Below are positions 24,470 through 38,335 of a DNA stretch of 64,000 bases, piece by piece. How positions within the stretch are numbered: position 1 is the stretch's first letter; each line of letters begins with the position of its first letter. The notes under the pieces were generated by a model. That model saw only the letters and a list, made by a program, of their open reading frames with translations. It did no database searches and was not told where the DNA came from. Location: contig CP075494.1 in assembly GCA_021613535.1 (NCBI GenBank), positions 124,001 through 188,000 on the forward strand. Direction: 5' to 3'. The stretch comes from Adineta vaga (taxonomy: Eukaryota; Animalia; Rotifera). The position numbers were made by a program, and so were the translations under genes.

Positions 24470-27400
24470 CTAAACATAATCGTGGTATCGATCAGGAAAT
24501 CGACGTTTCCTTTTCGACTTTTTTCGTAAATGTTGTTCTTCATTTGTAATTGATGTTCCTTCAAGAGATGAGTTCTCTTCGTCCGTGAAGTTTTTTCTTT
24601 TAGGTTTTCTTTGTACACTTTGTTCTTCATTTGTTGTTAACGCTTCTCCAAAATCTGAATTTTCTTCGTCAGTAATCCAATCTTCATCCGACATTTGTTC
24701 AATCTCATCACTAACATCGTCGTTTACTGACATTTGACTATCTTCTATACCTATTAATGGTTGATCATTTGGAATTGGTTCAAAATATTTCTTAATTCGA
24801 TCCATATTAACTGTTCCTAAATTTACACCATCATTAATACGTTGCGCAATAAAAGTCGATGGTCCAACTTGTTCAACTAGACGACATGGACCTTGATAAT
24901 TTGGTTGAAATTTTCTACTAATTAGAGTTTCACCTATTTGAGGAGTAATTGTTGCAATCCAGACTAATTCTCCAACATTAAATTGTCGTTGAGACGTCTG
25001 TTGATCATATTTTGTTTTTTGCATAATTTTTTCTACTTCTGAATGCTCACGAACAAAGTTGTATGTACTTTTTAAATTGTGAATTAGCATTTTGCGATAT
25101 TCATCAATTTGTTCTGATTCAATTGTAATGGGTGGTGGACCTTGTGTTGATTCACCAATTAATAAATCCATTGGTAATTTTAAATCTCGACCGAACATCA
25201 TAAAAGCTGGTATTTCACCAGTAGTTTCGTTTATTGATGTACGGATTGCTAAGGCCAATTTCTGAATTTCTTTATCCCATGAATGAGGATGTTTGTGTGC
25301 AAAAATTGATAACATTGGCTTTAGAGTTCTGTTCACTCGTTCTGTTAAATTTGTTTGTGGATGATAATTTGCAGTAAATTTTTGTTGAATACCTAAAATT
25401 TTACAAAATTGTCCAAAAAGAAGAGACAAACTGTGGACCATTATCAGATAAAATAAACGTTGGTATACCATATCTTGTAAATACCTCATTGACAAGAATT
25501 TGAGATATATCTGATGATGTTGTTGTTCGTAAAGGAAATAATTCAACCCAACGTGTAAAATAATCCACTATAACAAGTAAAAATCTTTTTTGTCGTGCTG
25601 TCCTTGGAAAAGGACCCATGATATCTATCCCAATTGTATGCCATGGTTCGTTAACAATATGTGTTTGTAATGGATTTGATAATGGTATATTATTATATTT
25701 AAATTGTTGACAGGCTTGACATGCTGCAACATAATTGTAAACGTCTTTGCGCATCGACTCCCAAAATACACGAGTAGATAATCTAAATAATGTTTTCTGT
25801 TGACCACCATGACCAACTGATGGATGATCATGTGCCCAAGCTAACAACTTATGTTGCATAGATTTTGGAATAACTAGTAGATGTTTGTTACCAATTTCAC
25901 GTTGATTATAATGTCTGTTAGAATTCTTCACTTTGTACAGAATATCATTAATTAAAATATATGGATTGCGTTTATTGTTAGTTATTGGTGTATTATTATT
26001 GCGTAAATGAGTTATAATATGTTTTAATTTTGGATCGGCTTCTTGTTCAATTTTAATTTCGTCTAAAATATTTGTGTTTTCCCATAAATTGATCGCTGTT
26101 TCAATTGCTAATATTTTTGGTTGTTGAAAAGTATTATCCGAAGCAGGATTTCGGGAAAGTGAATCTGCATTTGCATTTTGTTTTCCTGGACGATATTGTA
26201 TATTTTCAATTTGATAAGCTGATAATTTCATTGCCCATCGTGCTAATCGACCAGTTACGTCTTTAGCATTGCGTAACCATTGAAGAGCTTTACAATCTGA
26301 ACGAATTAATATTTTGCTTCCTTCAATATATACCCTAAAATGCTTTGTAGCCCATACAATGGCAAGAGCTTCACGTTCAGTTGCTGCATATTTTCGCTCA
26401 ATAGCTGATAAAGTTCGACTTGCGTAGGCAATTACATATTTTTTATCATCATATTCTTGAGTTAAAACCGCACCTAATCCATACTCACATGCATCAACTT
26501 CTAGTATGAATCGTTGTTCAAAATTAGGAGTGTTCATAATTGGTGCTGATGTTAACTTTTTCTTTAATATGTTAAATGCTTCTGTACAATCTTGAGACCA
26601 TTGAAGATGATGATTGCCGGTAGTTGTAAAACGTAATTGTTTAATTAATGGTTCAGCAATTCTTGCATAGTTTTGTATAAATCTTCGATAATATCCAGTA
26701 AGTCCAAGGAACGATTGTACGTCTTTAATAGTTTTTGGACGTGGAAAATCAATAACTGATTTAACTAGATCTGGATCAGGCTTAACACCATTACTAGTTA
26801 TAATATGTCCAAGATATTTTGTTTCTCGACGACAGAAATGACATTTTGAAGTTTTTAATGTTAAATTAGCTGATCGTAAAGCCTCAAATACATGTTTAAG
26901 ATCTTCGATGTGTTGTTCAAAGGTTGAAGAATAAATCACTACGTCGTCTATATATACAAGACAACATTGCCATTTAAGACCAGCAAGTACAATGTCCATT
27001 AATCGTTGAAATGTTGCTGGTGCATTAGTGAGACCATAAGGCATAACCTTAAATTCATACAAACCTTTATGAGTGATGAATGCCGTCTTTTCACGAGATT
27101 TTTCATCCATTTCGACTTGCCAGTATCCGGAACGTAAATCTAATGTTGAAATAAATTTTGATTCTTGTAATGAATCCAGTGTATCATCAATTCGTGGGAT
27201 TGGATATGCATCACGAATGGTCATTGAATTTAATTTTCTGTAATCAATACAAAAACGGAGGGTCCCATCTTTTTTTGGTGCTAAGACAATCGGAGAAGCC
27301 CAAGGGCTCTTTGACGGGACTATAATATCATCTTGTAACATTTCACGAAGATTTTGTTCTACAATTTGTCGTCGAGCGGGTGCAATACGATAGGGTGGTA

Positions 27401-28400
27401 AATTAAAAGGTTGAGAATCCGGTAATAATTTTATTTCATGCTTTACCTTATTTGTTTGGCCAGTTTTTTCGTTGAAAACATCAGGAAATGATTTGAATAA
27501 TTGTAAAATTTTCTGTTTTTGTGAATTATTTAAATCAGTTTCATCTAAGTTTGGTTCATTGGTTTTAGCATTTTGTTTGAGATCATTCCTAGGTAAATCT
27601 AGTTGGTTAATATAATTTAGTTGATTTTGATCTAATCGTTTCATATAAGCTAAAGGTTGACCAGGATGAACTAAAATTGGGTATTTTGTAAGATTAGCTA
27701 TTTCAATTTGTAAATTTTTGTCAGGATTAATTATACCATTTGCGACACATGGTATGTTCTTAAGTGAAACTACTTCGTAATTATCATTTCCTTGATTTAA
27801 ATCAAAAAATGGCTTGTTAGGCTGTACCCGTATATAAATTTTGTGTGTCGGAGGTATTTTCAAACGTTCATCAGCAATCAGAATATAGTCATCATCATTG
27901 CAATCGTGGTGTGTTTTGTCATAAAAATTATTTTGGCTGATTGAATTTCTTTTGAAATAAACCTTTTGTTGTCGTCCATTAATTTGTAAATTATGTTTTC
28001 GAATAAGATCATTTCCAATTATACACGGTTGTGATAATTTTGGGATTACATATACAGTGTGATATTTCGTATAGTTAGAAATAGTAATGGGTAAGGTCAG
28101 AACATATTGAACTTTCAATTGTGTATTATCAGCTAATTGTAGAGTTAACCACGAAGGAGGATATTTGATTTGTTTTTTATGATAATACGGTAATTTTGAA
28201 AATAATTCTTTGTTTATAAGTGTCAAAGATGCTCCTGTATCAATAAGTAATCTTGTCGGTACACCAGCAATTCGTCCAAACACTGAAAGAGGATAACATG
28301 TTAAAAAATTTTTTATATGTACAGGAGTATATGCTTGAACGGGATTTTTTAATAACGAGCGTTGGTATCCCGTCGGTCCCACGCTCTGTCTTCGTTTTTT
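24470..28400 (-). CDS. pol: Pol (PR-RT-RNaseH-IN) with one frameshift in integrase at ~25420
   Basis: LIDTGAS, YIDD, DACEYG, HHCC and SDNGPQF. The integrase continues in ORF 24470-25546. Confidence 0.93.
28338..28400 (-). promoter_or_regulatory. -1 ribosomal frameshift signal (A AAA AAC plus putative pseudoknot)
   Basis: Slippery heptamer at 28394-28400, a 7-nt spacer, and stem GAGCGT/ACGCTC. Loop ACGGGAT is complementary to downstream ATCCCGT. The -1 frame runs into pol. Confidence 0.85.
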
Positions 28401-29536
28401 GAATATTTTTGTTCATCATTCGATCGATAAATATACGAACTGTTTACTGGACAGTTTTTAATTGCATGGCCCCATTTTCCACAATTATAACATTTTACTG
28501 ATTCTAATTGTTGAATATTATTTGTTTCAGCTGTTGTTCTTTGGTTATAAGAAGGATAATATGTATTTGTTGTGGGATATGGCTTTCGCTGTTGGTTCCA
28601 CCTATCATATTCTGCTTTTCTAATATACGAATTATTCTTTTCAGCTGAATTTTGATTTAAATATTTTACCCGACGTTCCTCTTTTTTTCGACGATATAAA
28701 ATTTCTTCCACTTTTTGAGCTTCCAAAATAATTTCATCTAATGTTGCATTACGAGGTACTCCAATCATACTAAGTAAATCATTTCGCATTTTGCAAAACA
28801 GATGTCTAACTAAGTCAACTTCACTTTCTTTTGGTTTTTGTTCTACCCATAAAGCTCGTAATCGTGTAACAAATTCATTAATTGTTTCGTCTTCCTTCTG
28901 TTTGCATTCATACCATTCTTGTTCTTGACGAGCACTACGAATAGGCGAATTGAATTGTGAGAGAAATAATTCGGTAAATTCTGGCCAATTCTGAGGTTGA
29001 CGGCCAGAAATTTTCAATTGACAATACCAATCTAAGGCTGTATCTCGTAAAAATTGCGAAATACCTGATAATAATGTAAGACGATCCCAACCATGGACTG
29101 TTTCTGCATACTCTTGAATACGAACTAAAAATTGTTTTGGACGTTCTGAATGTTTTCCTGAAAATGTTGGTATTGAAGAAGATGGTGGTACTATAATTGC
29201 ATGAGATGATAATGGTGTAGTAATTGCCTTTGTATGTATTGGGGTAATATTTTTATTATAATTTATTTGATGAATATCGTGGTCACTTGAGGATGATCTT
29301 AATAATAAATCGTCATCATCTTGCTCGTCGAATCTTTGAGCGTTGAATTGTTGAACTTCTTTGTCTGCATTACTAATTTTCTTCATAAGTTCTTCTAATT
29401 TAGCTGTAGTACGATTAAACTTATCATTCATTTCTTGAATTTGACTTTCTAATCGTGTAGCATGATTTTTATTACCTGTACATAATTCTGAAAGGAGGTT
29501 AATAGCTTGGTCATATGAAACTGTGGATTCATTCAT
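28349..29536 (-). CDS. gag: Gag
   Basis: Retrotrans_gag-like core (FSGK..ALDWY..F) and a CCHC knuckle CYNCGKWGHAIKNC. Confidence 0.93.
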   Translation of the reverse strand: MNESTVSYDQAINLLSELCTGNKNHATRLESQIQEMNDKFNRTTAKLEELMKKISNADKEVQQFNAQRFDEQDDDDLLLRSSSSDHDIHQINYNKNITPIHTKAITTPLSSHAIIVPPSSSIPTFSGKHSERPKQFLVRIQEYAETVHGWDRLTLLSGISQFLRDTALDWYCQLKISGRQPQNWPEFTELFLSQFNSPIRSARQEQEWYECKQKEDETINEFVTRLRALWVEQKPKESEVDLVRHLFCKMRNDLLSMIGVPRNATLDEIILEAQKVEEILYRRKKEERRVKYLNQNSAEKNNSYIRKAEYDRWNQQRKPYPTTNTYYPSYNQRTTAETNNIQQLESVKCYNCGKWGHAIKNCPVNSSYIYRSNDEQKYSKNEDRAWDRRDTNARY

Positions 29537-29611
29537 TTTTTCAGTAGTTAATATTGTAATTGAATTATTTCTATATAATATAATGGATTGTTTTGAATTA
29601 TTGTTGTTTAT

Positions 29612-29629
29612 CTCCTGCCAGGGTCGCCA
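29612..29629 (-). promoter_or_regulatory. Primer binding site TGGCGACCCTGGCAGGAG (tRNA 3' end, perhaps Arg)
   Basis: Starts with TGG 2 nt after the 5' LTR. The tRNA identity is inferred. Confidence 0.8.
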
Positions 29630-29631
29630 AT

Positions 29632-30182
29632 TGTAACGGAATCTACTTCTGATAGATGAATATAAATCAAGAGACGTCAAATAGTTCAGAGCGTTCGGAC
29701 AACACCGAGACGTGATGATTTATTGTTTAATGATAATGAAAAATAATAACAAAGTTCACAAATGAATATAGTTTGAGATTGAGCAGGTTCAGACTCCTAT
29801 TCCGTTTTCAGAGTCAACTATAACGACTATAACTAACTTCGATATCAAGATACGTCTAGCACACTGTGTATATGTGTATAGTTGTAAACGACTAACCTAG
29901 AAGTCTAGACACAGCTAACTCCTATTAGTATCCGTCTACAACTACCTTCTTTTTTTTATCATATCCGAGAGACCTTCGATGAGAGAACAAGAGCGAGCAC
30001 AAAAGAGAGGAGGAGAGAAAGAGAAATATCAAGAAAAATGTATAGAGAGAAAACACACTGCAAGAGAGAGATAAAGAAAAAGAACAAGAAAAAGGAAATG
30101 ATATGATAGCAGAACAAATATTATTGAGATATATATGTAAGGGGTGTCGTACAAAAGGACGTCTGCCACTTTTGTTGGCACA
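29632..30182 (-). repeat. 5' LTR
   Basis: Direct repeat of 21219-21769, followed on the minus strand by the PBS. Confidence 0.96.
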
Positions 30183-32456
30183 ATATGTTTTCGATATTTC
30201 CAAATTTTCATTTTAATAAAAACTTTGTTGAATTTTTAAACATTGATTATAATATTTCAATGCTTGTTTATAATTTTTCTCATATCGAAATGTATTAGCA
30301 AGATTATTATAACATGCAGCAATATTTTGATTAATCTTTAACGATTTTCGATGATAATTAATTGAAGATTGATAATTTCCTTTGATATTTTCAATAATTT
30401 CTAGACCTGTATAACAACATGATATCATATGAGATGAGTTTTTATTTAAATCATTTAATTGTTGATGATAACAAAATTCCGCTTAATTATATTTTCTAAT
30501 AAATTTCCAAGTAAAATAAACGTTGGATTCGATAATAAATGTTTATTTAAATGTGAAAATAATTCATTTAGTTCATGATCATTTTCATCACAAAGCTTTA
30601 ATTGAATTATTTGATTTTGATCTTGTTGAAAAATGTTTTTTATTTTAAAAATACTTCCAATAATAAATAAGACTTCACATTCATCTCCAAAATAATTATA
30701 TGAAGATATATTAACATAAGGTTTTGTATGTTTAATAGATGAATCAATTTCAATTTGAAATAAAATTGCTTGAAAATCATTTAATAATAAATCATTTAAT
30801 TCAGGTAAATAAAATGAAGCTACTTCATAATCAATTGTTGTTGAAAGAAAACTATTCATTGAAATATATTGTCCTATAGAAGATTTCATATGAGAAAATT
30901 CTTCATTTGATATTAATTGTCCACGATAAACATATTTTATTGATTGATCAATTGTTTCTTTTGGAATTTGTTTTAATTGTTGATGTAAATCAGAAATAAA
31001 TGTTCCAAATATAATTAATGTATGAATATCTTCAGTTCGTAATGCTTTATTTAAAATTTTATAAAAACAACATTCTCGTGTGTACCACCATAAACTAGTT
31101 TTCTCATTGGAATTATTCTCTTCAAATTCTTCAATTATTTTCAGTTCATTCAATTTATTTTCGTTGATTTTTTACAAAATTTAATGAATTCTAAGCGATC
31201 ATCTTTTCAATAATTCATTCGTAAAAGTATTTCAATAAAAAGTTGCATCCAAAGAAAATTCCTTTTGATATTTCTAGAAGATTTTTCAATAGATGATAAT
31301 GATGGATTGTAAATTGATATTGGTAATGGAGTCAAATTTTCAAATCTTCTTTTATCATTTTTTATTGCTTTGATTAAATCAGTTGGCTTTGTGAACATTA
31401 AACGAATCTATAATATAATCATAAGAAATAATATGTTAAAAGTTTTCATATTCACCATCGATATTTCAAAGACTTTTCTTTTTAGAATCGAACATATGCT
31501 GATTTAAAGCTATCTACTGGTTTTCTTAGGACACACCCTCACACCTTCCCTTGAACATATACGTATATCGTGTCGCGATCCCTTCCGATGGAGCATTATG
31601 TTAATGACTGCAGAACAAAAGAATTATAGGTTTTATTCGCGAAAGTTACTCTTTTTTGGAACAAAAACAGTGAAAAGTAGAAATATGATGGAGAACAATC
31701 ATGCTGAAATAGTTGCCAAAAAATTCAATTTAGTTTTTAGAAATTCTATTTTTTCAAGTACAATTAGTTATTGGAATATCTTGATCTCTTGATATTATGA
31801 GACATAATCCTGAATTATATAGTATAAAACAACTTTGTACATTTAAGATATTCCAACATTATAAAAAGTGTCAATTTACTAATATTTTTAGATACAATAG
31901 TCAAGACCTTCGTTCAATAGATATATCGAAATATCTGAGAATATCATTCGAATGCATTTACAATGATCCTGAACAATACTAAATACTTAGAGGAAAGGAA
32001 ACTTCTAAAGATCATACTTCACTCAGGTCATCTGGGTGAAATAATTTTTAATCCCACCCATAATTTTCAGCTCCAGTATGTGTATATTAAGGGTTAATTA
32101 TCGTTCGAAATTGATTTATCCAGATTTCATTCTTTTCTTCATCTTGACAATATATATAAATGGTTATTAATCGTGATAATGAATGAATTTTTGCAACAAG
32201 TATTTTTTCAAATGCATTCGAAACAACTAAAAACATTTCTCGTTATTTAACGTTGTTATTCGTCGATTAAGATAGATTTCAAATAATTCAATTGTATCAT
32301 AAACAGTTTGATACCATTCACTAATTCATTTAATTGTCGTTGTATTTGAAAATAATCATTTGTTTTATTCATATTCTCATCTAATCAAAATAAAGTCAAT
32401 GTTCTTTCATAACTTTCATTTTTTGATGTTGTCATTATTATTTTGTTTTCATTCAT
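30183..32456 (-). pseudogene. 5' part of an ADP-ribosyltransferase (ART)-TPR gene, multiply disrupted
   Basis: WWYTRE..LNKALR, VYRGQ, SFLSTT and DECEVL (R-S-E motifs), then TPRs. Several frameshifts and stops. Confidence 0.85.
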
Positions 32457-32666
32457 GATTGAATGTTTTGTTTTGTATTGACCCATGGTTTCTTTTCTTC
32501 TGTTAAATTTCTTCAAACGAAATAGAAATTGAAAAAGATGAGATAAAATGAAAAAAAAGATTCATGATATTTATTTATCTAAAATTTGATTCAACATGCG
32601 TAAAAATGATAACGATTAACATATATATATATAAATAATGTATCTCTTTTTTCCAACTAAGTTTCA

Positions 32667-33430
32667 ATGTCTTCTTTACAAGTTCTTATTAGTTATTACA
32701 ACACTTTTCTTTTATGTTACAATAGCTACTAATGAATCAGATTGCAATAGTTGTTGTCAGAATTCTACTAAGTGTACACAAAGTTATTTCAATCGACCAA
32801 GTTTATCATAGCTTTGAATTTATATAGGAAATATTGATTTTGTTTCGATTTAGGTCGATGGTGTTGTTCAGGTAGAAATTTATTTCATTGAATTAAAATA
32901 AAAAATATTTTTTCATTTTTCTTCAAGCAAATGATTATTGTACCAATTATTCTTCAGTGAAATGTTCAAGTAATCAACCTTTCAGTCTGAGTAATATCTG
33001 AAACTTTCGATTACCTTCTACTCATATCTCCGAATCTATTCATCTTGCACCTATTGAAATTGAGCATATTAATAATAATAATAATAATAATAATGATCAT
33101 GCTACTCAAACAGAAGAAGAAGAATGAGGTAGTTCAAACGGCAAATATTACTCTGGTGAAAAGAATAACGCAGGAGTAGTTATTGGAGTCAGCATTATTG
33201 TCTTTATAATCGCTTGTATTTGTATGGCATTATGTTGTCATGTATGTGGTTGTGTGAATGAATCAAATCATTATGTACATCGTCCATCATCATTTGAAAA
33301 TCCAAATATATGGAGAAGAACATCACCACCTTATAATGAAGTTAATTTTGAACATTTCAGAGACAATCGTCGTCCAAATGTTATTGTTTTAGAATATAAA
33401 CCAAAAACTATTCCTATTGTAACTGTCTAA
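32667..33430 (+). pseudogene. Degraded Cys-rich single-pass membrane protein gene
   Basis: Cys-rich 5' exons, a TM segment GVVIGVSIIVFIIACICMALCC and a cytoplasmic PPY. Stops and frameshifts lie upstream. Confidence 0.4.
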
Positions 33431-33559
33431 GGTTTAATCATGATAATATTTTTTCATTAAGAGAAAGTTTGTAATGAGAATCAATAATGAATTTTACATT
33501 CGAATAAAAAAAAGAAGAAATCAAAGAGAAACAAAAGAATTTCTGTTGAATTTTGTGAC

Positions 33560-34033
33560 GTTCTTATACATCCAGGTAATGATGAAATAATTCAATTCGA
33601 CTAACAATTAATTGTTTATGTTCTTTATAAGTTTGATTCTTTTGTATTAATGATCGTTGTCGAACAGATCCGGATACAATAAGTAAAGCTGAGAATAAAT
33701 TAGCTATGAATGAAATACGAAGATGAAAATATAAAATAATTATTATATTATAAGTTTGAATAGAAAATGAAGAATAACGAATAACACATCAGACATGTTG
33801 ATTTATTGTACTTTTATAGATTGTATCAGTTGATGTTCTGTTACTCTTTGATTCAATTACGTTCTTTAGAAAACTTTCAGTTTCATATTCGTACATGTCT
33901 CGATATAAAGGATCACGAATAAAACTTACCATAATACAAAATGGTAGAATAAAAATAATCCATCGAGCAATCATTTTGTTCTTATTTTTTGTTAAATTTA
34001 ATACCTTTGAAAACTTGCATTGCTCGTTCAATA
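33560..34033 (-). pseudogene. C-terminal fragment of a 7TM/GPCR-like gene
   Basis: IERAMQVFKGIKFNKK..IARWIIFILP..DPLYR, with a frameshift. Cut at 34033 by a TA-CAGGG.. insertion. Confidence 0.55.
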
Positions 34034-35022
34034 CAGGGCTGCCATATGTTCAGGCTTAAGATGGGGTACATTTGAGGTACAGTACTGGTCAAAATGGGGT
34101 GCGTCATGAGGTACACAGTTTTTTTGCGTGAGTTATAGGAACTACCAATGAGAGATCTATTTGAAAAAGTTTTGTTTTTCAGTAAAAACTCTATTTCGGG
34201 TCTTTTTCTCTGTTCTGAAAATAATCTTCGAGTTCTAGCTTTTATATCCGAAACAAGTGGTTCACGAATGCATCTTTTTGCGCTATATATTTGTTCAAAA
34301 AGACTAAAATATTCGCTTAAAGTCAAGCACCTAGTCAGAAGTTTTTGGCGGATTGAATATAGAGATATTTTGATTGCGGCCCTAGTCGAACATCTTGTAA
34401 GCAAGATCTTTGATAAGATCTTTGGTACAGATTGTAAAGATCTTATGTAGGATCTTTCATTATCTTACGTATGCCTTTTCAAGATCTTAGCTAGCAATAA
34501 TTGATATCTTGACTGTAAGATTTTGTATTCAGTGCGATATCATTTTATTTCATCATGTAAAATTAAACTTCACAGAAAAATAATCATTATTTCAAAAACT
34601 TATACAAATATATTCACATCTGACAATTAAAACAAACCACACACAATAACACATACATAAAGAACACATACAATACAAAATTAGAAAAAAAATATTAAAT
34701 AAAAAAATAAAAACGATAAATCTTTGCTAATTTTGAATTGAATTAAGCTTCCCCAACCAAATACATTTCAGCACTCGATGAAAATAAGATGATAAAAATC
34801 GTTTGATCGAATTTGATTATATCTAGAATAAATATTAGACAGTTCATGAATATCTGGAAAAAAGACAGTAAATTATCATTAATAAACGTGTATTATATTA
34901 ATTAACAAAGTTTTTTAAAACTTTGTTACTCATAAATATGAAAAATTTTCAGTTATAATCAAAATGAAAATCTATTCCTATTCGATAGAAAAAAGTCTGG
35001 ATTAAGTTTTATGATTTATCAT

Positions 35023-37393
35023 TCATGAATATAACTTACGATGATTTGTTTGTTGTATAAATGAAAATTGTGATGATCTTAAATGTATTATTAAAGCAAT
35101 AAATTTAAAAATAATTTTAATAATAAGTAGAGAAATAAATTTAAGAATAGTATTAATTCCACCAATGAGACTAATAATAATTGTGATAATATAAATAATA
35201 TTCATTTCTTTTTCATAAGTAAATGAACAAAATGATGGTTTACATTTATAATAAAATTTCTCAAATGAATAAGAAAAATTCCATTCTTCAATCATCATTT
35301 CATTAAAAATTGTTTCAATTAATGTTGATGGAGAATATCGACTAGATAATGTTGAATTAAGTGGACTGATAGACAAAGGTATTATAACACCAATTTTATA
35401 AAAAATCTCTCGTAATTCATTTAAACAAGTATCTTTAAACGAACAAATCATTGATGATTTTAATACAGAATTAACAATAGAACAACCACCATGTATTCCT
35501 TCAATTTGCCAATCAATCTGTTCCATTTCTTTATCATCATTCATTTGATAATCAAAACTACATGTTGAATCAAGAATACAATTACATGGAATATTATTTT
35601 CATTTAAACCAAAATGAGGATTTATTTCAATACGTATTGATTCTGTTTCATAATAATTATTTGAACTTAATATTAAACTAAGATAAGTATTCATTTGTAT
35701 ATTACTTAAATATTGATTATTATGAAGTAATATATTAGTTAAAGATATTCTATAAAGAAATTCAGTTTGTGTTAATGTTGCAAATGTTTTATTTAATGAA
35801 TTAACTTGTAAAATAAATGAATTATTTGATAAAAGTTGAGAATTAATCAAATTTTTTGTTAAAAATTTATCAATTTCATCATTTATTGTTATATTTATAA
35901 TATCACAAAATGTTGATAATGTTTGAAAATAAGATGAAGCTATTGATAAAAAATTCAATTTTACATCTGAAGTATTTCTTGGAAGAAAACTTTGATACCA
36001 CCATGATTGAATAAAATCACTTGAACATATTTGATGATATTTAACTTGAATATTAAGAAAATCTTTATATGGTATTGATATTTGAGTACATGGACATTGT
36101 AATGTTGATGAATATTGTTTTTCTAATATTTCATATTCTTTTATAGTTGGATTTGAAATTGTTTCATTAATTGTTTGATTTAAAAAATTTGTTGATAAAA
36201 TAATAATACATAATGAAATAAACATTGAAATAATATTCATTATAATTTGTTTGATCAAATATTTCTTCAATAAAAAGTTCATTTATAAGTAATTCAATTT
36301 TTGTTTTTGGATTAAAATGAGTTAATAATGATTGATTCAAAATTGAAATATTAATTTTATTTGAATAAGATAAAAGAAGAATATTTAAACATATTTGATT
36401 ATAAAAACATTCTAATGTTGATGATAATGTCATTTGTATTGGTAAACAATCAATTATTATACCTGATAAAGTTTCATTTATTTCAATTTTATTCATATCA
36501 TAAATTCCAAATTTTTCAGAAATATTATATAAATAAAGATTACCAGGTAAAGGACATGAACCATTATTTTTACAAGAACAAGATATTGAAGAATTTTTTA
36601 ATATATATTTATTTCCAAAGATTCCAAAATAACCTGATATATTTGTTGTAAATGAATTAAAAATATGATTAGATAATTGTGATAAACCAAAGTTATGTGT
36701 TACAACAATATAATTTGTTAATAAACCTGTTATTAATTCATTTGATTGAGTTATTCTTTGAATAATTCTTCTTGTTTGTATAAAATTCGATGATATTGTT
36801 CGATATAAGAAATTTAAAGTAGATAAAACTTTTGTTTCTAATAATTGTTCATTTAATAAAATTGAAGTCATTAAATGAGAATTATTAAATTGTTTAAGTG
36901 CATTTAAAACTGTAATTTTTGCATTTTGACAAAATATTCGAATTAATTGCCACATTGAACTTAAACTTGTTCGAACATCTATTGGCCAAATTAATGTTGA
37001 ATCTGCTTTAAATATAAAATCAATCCATTCTTGTGAAATAAAATCACTTGAACAAACTTGATGAAATGATGGTATTGTTTTAACAAATTTTTCATAAGGA
37101 ATTAAAACTTTTGTACATGTACATTGTAAATTATTTTGATATTTTTTTAAAAGATTTTCATAAACAGATTGACTTGGAAATGATACAGTTTTTGTCTCAT
37201 TTTGTTGACTAAGTGAAGCGTATGTTTTGAAAATAATAAGAGAAATAAGAACAAGAATAATATATAAACGAGTTGATAAGATTTCACGACGAATAATCAA
37301 TGGATCGGTTGTTCGAGAATCAAATACATTCAATGTAATCCATTTTATATGAACAATTTTATATAAAGATTGCAATAATACTCTTACTTGCAT
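35023..37393 (-). pseudogene. Bdelloid-type repeated-module membrane protein, frameshifted/deleted at ~36230
   Basis: Two homologous modules (LQC.CT...IPY..F...HQ.CSSDFI...W) lie in different frames, each preceded by a TM helix. Confidence 0.7.
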
Positions 37394-37442
37394 GATAAGA
37401 TTTTTCTAAAATAGAAATTTTTCAAGATTTGATCAAATTTAT

Positions 37443-37494
37443 AAGGGTGAGGTTTTTTTGTCTTCTCTTATCCTCACCCTCACTCCCTCAATAT
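37443..37494. repeat. Telomeric-arm hairpin mini-element
   Basis: aagggtgagg..tcttctctt..cctcaccctcactccctcaatat. Confidence 0.6.
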
Positions 37495-38335
37495 TCGCCT
37501 ATACATTTAAAAAATCAAGATGAAATATCTGTTAGATCTTTTCTAACAAACATTAAATTGAAATCAGTCGATTAAATACAACGAACGCGCTTCAGTTTTT
37601 TGAAACCCAATGTGATATAAAATATTATTAGATGTCAGCTAGTTTCTATTTTATATACGGAACTCATGATATAATTATTGTCATTTTTTTAGGTAGGATG
37701 TGGAAGCAAAATATTTTAATCAAAATTTAATGTGATTATTGCTAAAAAAATAATGAAAATCAGGATCCTTTAAGGAAATACGAATTTCCTGATAAAAAAA
37801 GAACATTTAATATTGGAATAAAGGTTTTAAAGACAACATTTCATCTGGGACGATATTTGAAATAAAACAAAAGCAGATTGACTTAATCAGTCTACAATGT
37901 GCAAGAATCGAACTTTATGGTTTTCATCCATTTATCTATTCACTTGTACGTTCGTTATATAAGACTTCTATATACAACAAGTTTTCTGTGTGAGTATTTA
38001 TATGTTACGATGCATCCGTATGTGTAGTTTCTGCTCCTGCTTATTTTTATATCACTAATGGTTTTCCAAGAATATAAATCGGTGTATGTTGATAATTATA
38101 AATGTTATCCTCTTTCTGCTTTTAATATCGATCCATCTTCTCTATGCATAGAGGACATCAAGAGACTCGTTATCATCATTCTCTTGTTTTTTTTTCATTT
38201 AAATAAGCGGCATGGTCAAACAAAACAAAAACACGTTAGTTTCATCGTTGCAAGGAAAAAGATATTATATTAGACGTCAATATGAAAAACGTGACATCTT
38301 TTATAGTTATAGACAATCATTGAAACTAGGATTCT

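Larger units (their letters stand above)
21219..30182 (-). mobile_element. Full-length Ty3/gypsy LTR retrotransposon with env-like ORF (Vesta/Juno-like)
   Basis: Two 551-bp TG..CA LTRs, a 5-bp TSD ATATG (21214-21218 / 30183-30187), PBS, PPT, and the order gag-PR-RT-RH-IN-env. Confidence 0.97.

Noticed and set aside
25401-25546. Second programmed frameshift in pol
   Set aside because: It falls inside the integrase catalytic core with no slippery heptamer or downstream structure. More likely a mutation or sequencing error.
34034-34390. Tc1/mariner-like element starting TA-CAGGGCTGCC
   Set aside because: No matching right TIR was found, so boundaries and family cannot be supported.
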